Assembly (NCBI GenBank): GCA_016707005.1
Contig: JADJIQ010000001.1
Location: 395,846 to 459,845, forward strand
DNA from: Ignavibacteria bacterium
GTDB taxonomy: Bacteria > Bacteroidota > Ignavibacteria > Kapaibacteriales > Kapaibacteriaceae
DNA: 64,000 bases
Direction: 5' to 3'
Positions 41,195 through 49,071 of this stretch are shown here, piece after piece. The translations under genes and the position numbers were made by a program. Below the pieces are notes generated by a model, which was not told the DNA's origin, made no database searches, and worked only from the letters and a program-made list of their open reading frames with translations. Numbering within the stretch: position 1 is the first letter of the stretch; each line of letters starts with the position of its first letter.

Positions 41195-42769
41195 ATGCCC
41201 TCCAGAACCACCGATTCAGAGCGGTTTACAGAACTCCTTTCCCGGGCCGAAGTGCACGAGGAAACGGCCATTCAGAGCCTTGCAGCAGCTGTGGCTCTGG
41301 CCAGAGATAGAATGAAGGGGGCTCAGCGCGATCGATCACTCTGGCGGACACATTGGATACGTGCTGCTCTCCGGCTTGCAGAACTACTGGAACGCAAAGA
41401 GTCGGCACGTGAAGCACTTGAGGTGTTGCAACCGCTCATCCATGAACTGGATGCCTGCGATGATGCCGACCTGGTTATGCGGACCAAACAAGAATTGGGT
41501 CGATATCTGATGATCCGGGGAGATCTCGATATTGCCATGGATCTTCTCCAACAGGCATTGCGAGATGCCGAGGTACTAAATAATACAGCTGTAGCCTCCG
41601 CTGCTTCGGGCAACATCGGCATGGTGTTCTTCAACCACGGCGAGTTCGATGACGCGCTGGTATGGTTCAATAAGACCGTTGTGTTGATGCGTCAACGCGG
41701 AGACAAGGCTCGGACCGCCCTTGCCCTGCGCAGTGTTGGAATGACGCATAGCAAGAAGAAAAGCTATTCCAAGGCATTGAAGTCCTACGCAGACGCATTG
41801 AAGGAACTCAACTCGAGTACCGAGGATAACATCGACTCGCGGATAGAAATCCAGATCCGGGAGTCCATTGGCGTTGATCAACTGAACCTTGCTGATGCAA
41901 CGCAGAAAGCCACGCACTATCAAGCGGCGATAGAGGCATTTTTAGAGTGCCTTGAGCTTGCCAGACGCAATGGGCTTGACGTTTCACGTGCGGTGGCATT
42001 ACGAAATCTCGGCCAGGTCTATGCAGAGACTGACTATGCCGAACATGACATCCACAAAGCCATCGCGTTGTTTGAAGAGGCACGGCAGATCATTGAACCA
42101 AAGTCGATCCATACACTTCACTATCAGATCAACAGAGAGCTTGCATTCGCCTATGAGGCGGTAGGAGACGCCGCCCAAGCACTTGAAGCCTACAAGCGCT
42201 ACCACTCTTCTGAAAGGGCCGTCATTGACCTCGACTCTGCCTCAAAGTTGCGCTCGATCGAAGAACGTCACCGTTTTGAACGATCGCAGGAAGAGTTGCG
42301 AAGAGAACAAGAGCGCTCACTTGAGCTCGAGGCTGAAGCCCGCAAGCGCACCGCGGAACTCTCTCACCTTACTCTAGCCATTGGTGAGACTAATGCTCGT
42401 TTGCGCGATCTCTCAAGCAGGATTCGGGTACAAGCACGTATCGCCGATCAACCAACAAAGCAACTCTTCCTAAATATCATTCAGGACATCGACGCTTCAC
42501 TCGGCACTGAGATCTTCTGGAGTGGAATCGAAGAACAACTATCCAACCTCCATGGTGAGTCGCTTCAGTACCTGTCTAAACATTTTCCTTCCCTTACCCC
42601 TACCGAACGCAAGGTCTGCGCCCTCATTCGGATAGACCTTTCCTCCAAGGAGATCGCCAGACTGCTCAATACGGAACCACGTTCAATAGAAAAGTACCGC
42701 CAACGCATCCGCAAGAAACTCGGCCTCACCGCATCCGACTCGCTGTCCACATTCATTTCGTCTTTATAG
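41195..42769 (+). CDS. TPR-repeat protein with C-terminal LuxR/GerE-type HTH (transcriptional regulator)
   Basis: Multiple TPR-like helices, a coiled-coil segment, and C-terminal LTPTERKVCALIRIDLSSKEIARLLNTEPRSIEKYRQRIRKKLGL, a LuxR-type HTH. Confidence 0.7.
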   Translation: MPSRTTDSERFTELLSRAEVHEETAIQSLAAAVALARDRMKGAQRDRSLWRTHWIRAALRLAELLERKESAREALEVLQPLIHELDACDDADLVMRTKQELGRYLMIRGDLDIAMDLLQQALRDAEVLNNTAVASAASGNIGMVFFNHGEFDDALVWFNKTVVLMRQRGDKARTALALRSVGMTHSKKKSYSKALKSYADALKELNSSTEDNIDSRIEIQIRESIGVDQLNLADATQKATHYQAAIEAFLECLELARRNGLDVSRAVALRNLGQVYAETDYAEHDIHKAIALFEEARQIIEPKSIHTLHYQINRELAFAYEAVGDAAQALEAYKRYHSSERAVIDLDSASKLRSIEERHRFERSQEELRREQERSLELEAEARKRTAELSHLTLAIGETNARLRDLSSRIRVQARIADQPTKQLFLNIIQDIDASLGTEIFWSGIEEQLSNLHGESLQYLSKHFPSLTPTERKVCALIRIDLSSKEIARLLNTEPRSIEKYRQRIRKKLGLTASDSLSTFISSL

Positions 42770-42843
42770 TCATACCGTCATACCGTCATACCGTCATTTA
42801 GTCAGTTAGTCACTTAGTCATTTCTTTGTCCGGCTTTTGTCCG
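42770..42843. repeat. tandem arrays (CGTCATAC)x3, (TYAGTCA)x3, (CTTTTGTCCGG)x2
   Basis: TCATACCGTCATACCGTCATACCGTCAtttaGTCAgttaGTCActtaGTCAtttCTTTGTCCGGCTTTTGTCCGG, directly after the regulator stop and upstream of the RHS gene. Confidence 0.8.
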
Positions 42844-42906
42844 GGTGCGCCGCATTACTGCAAGTGCAAGATTCGCCTCCGAAATCACAAACACCCGGAG
42901 GGGACG

Positions 42907-45900
42907 ATGAGTATCATTGGGAGAATTTGTTTGACACTCCTGCTTGCTACGTCAGTAATGGCCGGCACAGCACAAGCGGGAGAACTTGCAGTGCCATCGA
43001 AAAGATGGAGTTCGCAGGCTATCGTGGGGCGCCAGATGGTCCTGCGGTTTCTACTCACGAACAGGAATTCGGTATATGCACTTGGTCCGGTCCAGTGGAC
43101 CATCACTGTGCGGTATCTGCTCACACAGGCCATCATGTTCCAATTGGCCGGGTCAACCTTTGTTGGGGCGGGCCAGAGTTTAGAGGCAATCCCTGAACTA
43201 GCATGGACTCCAACAATGGAGGGGGCTCACCAGGTCACGATTGAGGCAAACAGCGAGGCGAACATCACTGGTCCACAAACGCTCATGGTCAATGAAACCG
43301 TGCTCGCTTCTACGGATTGCACCACTCGCCCGGCTCTCTCACCTGGTAACTTGCTTATTGCAACCTCTAGTGGAAGTATCACTTACACAGCTCCAAAAGG
43401 ATGTTGCTACAAGGTCATGCCGTTCATGAACTCCGAGACATTCTGGGACATGACGCCGGATACGGAGCAGACCATCTCAGACGGCCAGTCTGTAACATTC
43501 ACCATGACGGTCAAAGGCAATCAGCCGATGGCCACTGCTGTTGGCTTTGCGTGGCGAGAATGTGAAAAGGGAACGCCAAAGGGTCATGACTACATTGTTG
43601 TTTCACCGCGCATGCCCCCTTCAAACGGCGATACGGTGAACGGAACAGACGGACCACATATCTGGACGTCGACCTTTGGGGACCCTGTATCGCCCCGTAC
43701 CGGGACCTTTGTTTTGCGAGAAGATCCAGATCTAGATTTTGGAGTTGGTCCTTTGCGCTTTGAGCGTTTGTATGATGGAATGGGCATCACCTCTGGTTTT
43801 ATCTCAAACCTCGGCTTCAACTGGACTCATACCTACGATGCTTCTGTGGTCGTTACGCCCACGGAACACTTGGTCCAGCTGCCTGGGTTTGAAAGAGCGG
43901 CGTTCACAAAGGTCGGCAGTACCTACACACTGCGATCCATGAGTACCAATGTTCTCACACTACAAGACCATCAGGGCGGATGGCTCCTTACAGATGCCAC
44001 ACGTTTAACGCAGTACACGTTCAACGCCCAAGGGATGTTAACAAAGATCGACGATGGTGCTATGCCCGTGTATGTCGTATGGAATGGCTCGTCACTTGCT
44101 CGTGTAACAGATTCGCTTGGCCATGTGATCACGTTCACAACAAACGACCAAGGTCGCATTATCACGGCATCGAATGGAACGCTGACATGTACCTATGCGT
44201 ATTCAACCGCCCAGGAACTCGCTTCCGTAACGAGTAGCAATGGTTTTGCTACAACGTATGCGTATGGAGCAATACCCGGACAGATCACGTCCGTGGATCG
44301 CGGTGCAGGTGTTGTTGAAGTAAGCAACACGTATGATGCTAGCGGACGTATCACAGCACAGACCGATGCAGAAGGTCGTGCCTCCACGTACACCTACAGC
44401 AGCTCTTCATCACGCTACGTGGATGGAGCAGGTGTTGCGGAAGATCATACATGGAATATGCGTGGGCAGGTAACATCCATTGGCACGGGCACAACTGCGA
44501 TGCGTTTTACCTACAACGTCAACAATAGACCATCAATGATCATATCAGCAGGGGGCGATACAACACTCTTTACGTGGCACGAAAGCGGTAGACCAGCCAG
44601 TATCAGACATGGAGCTGGCGGAGTGGAGCGGTGGGAGTACCGTCAGCGACAATGGAACGGTGCCACTGTCTGGGACTGCACAACACATATCGATGAAGTA
44701 GGACGACGGATTACCTTCGAACGTGATGGCCGAGGCTGGTTAACCGGTATTGGTGGAGCTACTCGCCCCTTTACCTATACGCGAGACACACAAACCGGAC
44801 TCATCACTGAGGCTCGTTCTATGTCGGCAACTACCATGTACACGTACGATGCGAGCGGCCACATCACCTCAATGCGCAATGCACTTGGAGCCACAACAAC
44901 GTTTATCACCAATGGTAGAGGCGATGTCACAAAGATCTCGTACCCCGATACCTCCAGTGTTTCATTTGAGTACGATGCTCACGGGAAGGTCACAAAGTAC
45001 ACCGATGAGATGGGCGCTTCAACATCATGGACGTATGACCGCTGGGGGAGGGTATCGAGTGAAACCGGTCCCGGTAGTGTAACCACAACCTACGGGATAG
45101 ACCGCACGGGCCGGATGACGAGGATGAGCAGGGCCGGTCGTGATGCCGTCACGTTTGACTACGATGATGCCGGACGTCTTACTACAACACACGTTGGTTC
45201 GAGCATTGTTACGTCGCGCGAATATGACAATGCCGGATGGTTGTCTGCCATTGCCGATGCGGAGAGTCGCAAAGAACTCTATACAAACAACGCTGACGGA
45301 TACATTACGAAACATGTTGCCCGCGCCGGAGGAATGACGGAATTCCAACACGATGGACGTGGACTGATCACTGATGTTACCACTCCAACGGGCGGTGCTG
45401 AAGCGTTTCGATTTGATGCATCGGGCGATGTGATTGACTATCGTGATGCTTCTCAACGTTTCTCGGCGTTCACATATGGTAGAACAGGCCAGATATCTCG
45501 CTGGCAGCATGGTCCGGTCAACACCGTGATGACATATGATACGCTGGGCAGGATCACCTCATGCAGAGATACGGATGGTGGTACTTGGAACTATGCATAT
45601 AACGCAATGGACTTGGTCACCAAACGAACAGATCCATCGGGTTCTTCAACAACATATGATTACGACCTCCGAGGCAGAGTTCGTTCGATCACCGATGCTC
45701 AGGGCGTGGTAACTCTGCTTCGACGCGATAAGCGGGGGAACATCATTGAACAACGTAGGGCTTCAGACCTGCGTCACACATACACATATGATGTGGCTGG
45801 ACGCCCAACGTCCACTACGCGGTCAACGAGCGCGTATGATGCAACTGGCACGCTCACGCAGACCAATGGTGTTGCGATAACATGGAACACAAATGGTACT

Positions 45901-47154
45901 ATAGCCAGCATCGGCGTAGCACCCGGAAAGAACATCACGTACACCTATGATGCAATGTTCCGTGTTAAGACCATATCAGATTGGACTGGGGCAACGATCA
46001 CACTTCAGCGCGATGCAAACGGGTCGATCATCGAAACACAACGCTCCGGAGCATTGACCACGCGCTATACGCGCGATGCGTCAGGAGCCTTGACGATGAT
46101 CGAAGAGAGTCCAACAGTTTCGATGACGATCGCTCGTTTTGCAGATGGTAGGATCTCCTCAATTCAATCGCAAGGATATCTCGATGGACCACCGTTGGAT
46201 GACGATCGTACACTGACGTATTCCTCGGCAAATACACTCATGTCGCCGATGCATCCTTCAGTAGGTCAGCTCATAACGGATGGATACGATCGAGTTGTTG
46301 GTGTCCGCAGCGGGGCCGACTCCACGATTGTTGTTCACAACGACGCACTAGGTGGTCTGACACAGTCGGTTCTGGTGAACGGACAATTGTGGGTAGTACT
46401 CTCAACTGCTCAAGACGGATTGTTTGGAATGGTGAATGTTGCCAACGGTGAGCATCGATATTTCCACTATGATGCCAGCGGCAATGTTGTCGCAGTGAGT
46501 GATGATAACGGTACCATTGTTTCGCGATTTGCCTATGGTGCGTATGGAGAGCCCCTTGCATCGGATGGTGAGACACAGATCCCGTTTCAGTTTGGAGGTC
46601 AGCGTGGCACGTGGACGCCGGGAGCTTCACAATACGTGATGGGTACACGTGTTTACGATGCCACAACAGGAAGATTCACCACTGAAGACCCTGTGGAACA
46701 GCTAGACCCACGTGCATTCAACGCTTATGCCTATGCATGGGGCGACCCAGTCAACGCTCATGATGCATCGGGTGCAACGCCCGAAGCAAACCTGCCGGCA
46801 CCAGACTGGCTCGAGGAGTCACGACGCAACAGTGATCGTGCAATAGCAAAGGCTGCAGCGATCAATGACATCATCCAGGCCGATGAGGCACAACGCGAGT
46901 TGGATCGTCAGGCAGAGCGTCGGGCGCGTGAAGTTCGTACTCGGACACGTCCAAGCGCAACACCTAAGCCATCAAAGCCAACAAAAACCAACAACCCACC
47001 CCCTCCAACTCCTGCACCGGTACCCACACCACCACCGGCACCTGCGCCCGCACCTGTTCCTGGTGGGAAACGAGCTCCAGCTGGCGGATCCAATCGTGGC
47101 AGCTACCTGCCCGATTGGGCGCGAGACATCCTCGAATATTTCATCGTTTTTTAA
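42907..47154 (+). CDS. YD-repeat / RHS-family giant secreted protein (polymorphic-toxin-like)
   Basis: Signal peptide MSIIGRICLTLLLATSVMAGTAQA. More than 25 YD repeats (e.g. YTYDASGRITAQTDAEGR). RHS core ending ...NAYAYAWGDPVNAHDASG (DPxG-type motif). The C-terminal ~125 aa are Pro-rich low complexity. Start chosen at the internal ATG at 42907. Confidence 0.85.
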   Translation: MSIIGRICLTLLLATSVMAGTAQAGELAVPSKRWSSQAIVGRQMVLRFLLTNRNSVYALGPVQWTITVRYLLTQAIMFQLAGSTFVGAGQSLEAIPELAWTPTMEGAHQVTIEANSEANITGPQTLMVNETVLASTDCTTRPALSPGNLLIATSSGSITYTAPKGCCYKVMPFMNSETFWDMTPDTEQTISDGQSVTFTMTVKGNQPMATAVGFAWRECEKGTPKGHDYIVVSPRMPPSNGDTVNGTDGPHIWTSTFGDPVSPRTGTFVLREDPDLDFGVGPLRFERLYDGMGITSGFISNLGFNWTHTYDASVVVTPTEHLVQLPGFERAAFTKVGSTYTLRSMSTNVLTLQDHQGGWLLTDATRLTQYTFNAQGMLTKIDDGAMPVYVVWNGSSLARVTDSLGHVITFTTNDQGRIITASNGTLTCTYAYSTAQELASVTSSNGFATTYAYGAIPGQITSVDRGAGVVEVSNTYDASGRITAQTDAEGRASTYTYSSSSSRYVDGAGVAEDHTWNMRGQVTSIGTGTTAMRFTYNVNNRPSMIISAGGDTTLFTWHESGRPASIRHGAGGVERWEYRQRQWNGATVWDCTTHIDEVGRRITFERDGRGWLTGIGGATRPFTYTRDTQTGLITEARSMSATTMYTYDASGHITSMRNALGATTTFITNGRGDVTKISYPDTSSVSFEYDAHGKVTKYTDEMGASTSWTYDRWGRVSSETGPGSVTTTYGIDRTGRMTRMSRAGRDAVTFDYDDAGRLTTTHVGSSIVTSREYDNAGWLSAIADAESRKELYTNNADGYITKHVARAGGMTEFQHDGRGLITDVTTPTGGAEAFRFDASGDVIDYRDASQRFSAFTYGRTGQISRWQHGPVNTVMTYDTLGRITSCRDTDGGTWNYAYNAMDLVTKRTDPSGSSTTYDYDLRGRVRSITDAQGVVTLLRRDKRGNIIEQRRASDLRHTYTYDVAGRPTSTTRSTSAYDATGTLTQTNGVAITWNTNGTIASIGVAPGKNITYTYDAMFRVKTISDWTGATITLQRDANGSIIETQRSGALTTRYTRDASGALTMIEESPTVSMTIARFADGRISSIQSQGYLDGPPLDDDRTLTYSSANTLMSPMHPSVGQLITDGYDRVVGVRSGADSTIVVHNDALGGLTQSVLVNGQLWVVLSTAQDGLFGMVNVANGEHRYFHYDASGNVVAVSDDNGTIVSRFAYGAYGEPLASDGETQIPFQFGGQRGTWTPGASQYVMGTRVYDATTGRFTTEDPVEQLDPRAFNAYAYAWGDPVNAHDASGATPEANLPAPDWLEESRRNSDRAIAKAAAINDIIQADEAQRELDRQAERRAREVRTRTRPSATPKPSKPTKTNNPPPPTPAPVPTPPPAPAPAPVPGGKRAPAGGSNRGSYLPDWARDILEYFIVF

Positions 47155-47163
47155 GGGGCAACC

Positions 47164-47619
47164 ATGAAAACCTTCATCATTCTCATCGCAGTATTCGCCA
47201 CAACACTAAGTGTTTGGTCTCAGACCTACACCTACGATGCTGCTGGCCGCATTGCCAGTGTTCGATATGCTGGTGGCAAACAAACAACCTATACCTATGA
47301 CGGTAGAGGCAACATCACCAAGCGTACTACTGCAACGGTGAACAGTGTTAGTGATGAATACGAGGTGGCATCAAAAATCACACTGGCGCCCAATCCCACA
47401 TCATCAACGATCATGGTACAGCTCGGCAACGTCGTCAGCGGCAACATTCCTCGACTCATCATTACTGATGTTGCCGGGCGCACGGTTGCCGAGCAGGCCA
47501 TGGCACGAGGTCAGTCATCGTCTACGCTGGATGTTCAACACCTATCATCCGGAATGTACATTGTGACATTCGTTGATGGTATCAATGAACAGAGGAGCCC
47601 CTTGCTTATCATGCGATAG
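47164..47619 (+). CDS. small secreted YD-repeat protein with T9SS C-terminal sorting domain
   Basis: Signal peptide MKTFIILIAVFATTLSVWSQ, two YD repeats (TYTYDAAGRIASVRYAGGKQTTYTYDGRGNITKRT), and a CTD (LAPNPTSSTIMVQL...SSGMYIVTFVDG...LLIMR). Lies 9 nt after the RHS stop. Confidence 0.7.
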   Translation: MKTFIILIAVFATTLSVWSQTYTYDAAGRIASVRYAGGKQTTYTYDGRGNITKRTTATVNSVSDEYEVASKITLAPNPTSSTIMVQLGNVVSGNIPRLIITDVAGRTVAEQAMARGQSSSTLDVQHLSSGMYIVTFVDGINEQRSPLLIMR

Positions 47620-48784
47620 GGGGCTTGTTTGAGGGCAGCTCAACCATGGACATCAACCGTGGTGCTGCGCCCCATGCATCGATCATGATCCGAACGCGAT
47701 CGGCCCATTGGTGTCGGTCGCGTTCGTTCGTATCAACAACATCCGCTCGAAGCAGAATGTTCTTTTGTGTGTGCTCCAGGGAGATGAATTCTTCCAGGCG
47801 GGCATCGTAGCCAAGAGCGCGAAGAATGTCACGTCGCACAGAGTCCGTGAGCAGATCACCCAGACGTTCCTTGGTGATCCCGTCATCAAGGAGGGGGCGG
47901 GCATAGTCCGGAACCGACTCTTTCCGGAGTTGTTTCTGCACTTCATGGTGACAGCACGGAGCAACGAGCATCCTCTTGGCCTTCATCGCAAGGCCCAGTG
48001 CAATTGCTTCATCGGTTGCCGTATCGCATGCATGCAGGGCGATCAGCAGATCACATTCCTGCGTTGGAATAACATCGCCGATGCGAGCACAGGTGAACGT
48101 GGCATTTGTCAGACCAAGCTTCTGCGCAACCATTGTACAGTGGTCAACCACGTGTTGATTTGCATCAACGCCAAGCAGATGCACATCGATACCCTCGCGT
48201 TGCAGCACATACATCAGCGAGAGCGAGAGGTAGGCCTTGCCACAACCCGCATCAACGATACGGTACGACGTCGTTTCAGAGGTGGTTGGTCGCGCCCGCT
48301 TCAAGAGGTGGTTCACCTGACGAAATTTATCGGCCATGGCCGCCTTGATCTTCCCATCCGGTGTTGCCAGATCCAGCGCCACAAGGAGTGCTGCATCATG
48401 TTCCGGAGTGAGGATCTTTGGCTTTGTGCGGTCTGCAGCAACACCTTCCCATCGTGAGCGTGAAGGGGGCAGATGTTTCGTAGAGGTTTTTACATCGCCC
48501 CCTTTATAGGTCCTAAGGATCTGCAGATCCGCTTCCGGTGTTTGCACCAGGACCTGACGAAAGGTCTTCTCCATCCACGGCATCAGCGCCGACGATGGGT
48601 CGCCCACGATCTTCAGCGCCGGATCCGTGAACGCCTGCTTTTCCGTGAATCGTTCAATGCGGATGTTCCACCCCTCTGCCGAATTCACCCCCGACACCAC
48701 TACCTTCTGCACCTCCGATCCCTTGGGAGGCTTGGAGAAGGTGGCCACAAAGGCCGAGGCAGAGGAGAGGAAAGGAGCGATCAT
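47609..48784 (-). CDS. class I SAM-dependent methyltransferase
   Basis: SAM-binding motif IVDAGCGKAYLS...LGVD...LIALHACDTATD. About 170-aa N-terminal domain of unknown function. Confidence 0.55.
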   Translation of the reverse strand: MIAPFLSSASAFVATFSKPPKGSEVQKVVVSGVNSAEGWNIRIERFTEKQAFTDPALKIVGDPSSALMPWMEKTFRQVLVQTPEADLQILRTYKGGDVKTSTKHLPPSRSRWEGVAADRTKPKILTPEHDAALLVALDLATPDGKIKAAMADKFRQVNHLLKRARPTTSETTSYRIVDAGCGKAYLSLSLMYVLQREGIDVHLLGVDANQHVVDHCTMVAQKLGLTNATFTCARIGDVIPTQECDLLIALHACDTATDEAIALGLAMKAKRMLVAPCCHHEVQKQLRKESVPDYARPLLDDGITKERLGDLLTDSVRRDILRALGYDARLEEFISLEHTQKNILLRADVVDTNERDRHQWADRVRIMIDAWGAAPRLMSMVELPSNKPPIA

Positions 48785-48831
48785 AGGAGCAAAAGTACCT
48801 CATGAAATGACTTCACTCGCTACGCTCGTAG

Positions 48832-48872
48832 TGACAAATGACTGATGACGAATGACCAATGACTGATGACAC
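48832..48872. repeat. tandem (NNATGAC)x5 array
   Basis: caaATGACtgATGACgaATGACcaATGACtgATGACacg in the divergent mtase/alaS intergenic region. Confidence 0.7.
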
Positions 48873-48881
48873 GAAACGGCA

Positions 48882-48966
48882 CCCCTTCTCAGGATGAGAA
48901 GGGGTCGGGGGATGAGCCAAGGAGAAAGCCAACGAGGGGCCTAAGGGGCGAGGCCCCACCTCGCCC
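48882..48966. promoter_or_regulatory. GC-rich structured element with mutually exclusive hairpins (candidate leader/regulatory RNA or operator)
   Basis: Hairpin CCCCTTCTC-aggatg-GAGAAGGGG (48882-48905). Then GGGGCC(48936-41)/GGCCCC(48952-57) competes with GGGCGAGG(48946-53)/CCTCGCCC(48959-66) because the two share nucleotides 48952-53. Confidence 0.3.
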
Positions 48967-49071
48967 GTCCCGTCCTGTGCCTACCCGGAGGTAGGTTGAT
49001 AACAAGCCCCTTACAAAGAACTTTCTCTGCCGTACTTTCGTGGTTTCGTTCTTCCGTATCACACCGGCATC

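Noticed and set aside
46908-47093. Gly/Ala/Val-rich antisense ORF (GAGAGAGGGVGTGAGVGGGG) opposite the RHS proline-rich tail
   Set aside because: It is the reverse-complement artefact of the CCN-rich Pro codons.
47016-47154. Proline-rich C-terminus of the RHS protein as a candidate toxin domain
   Set aside because: It is low-complexity (PTPAPVPTPPPAPAPAP) with no catalytic motif. Treated as a linker or tail rather than an enzyme domain, although the segment remains unexplained (see finding).
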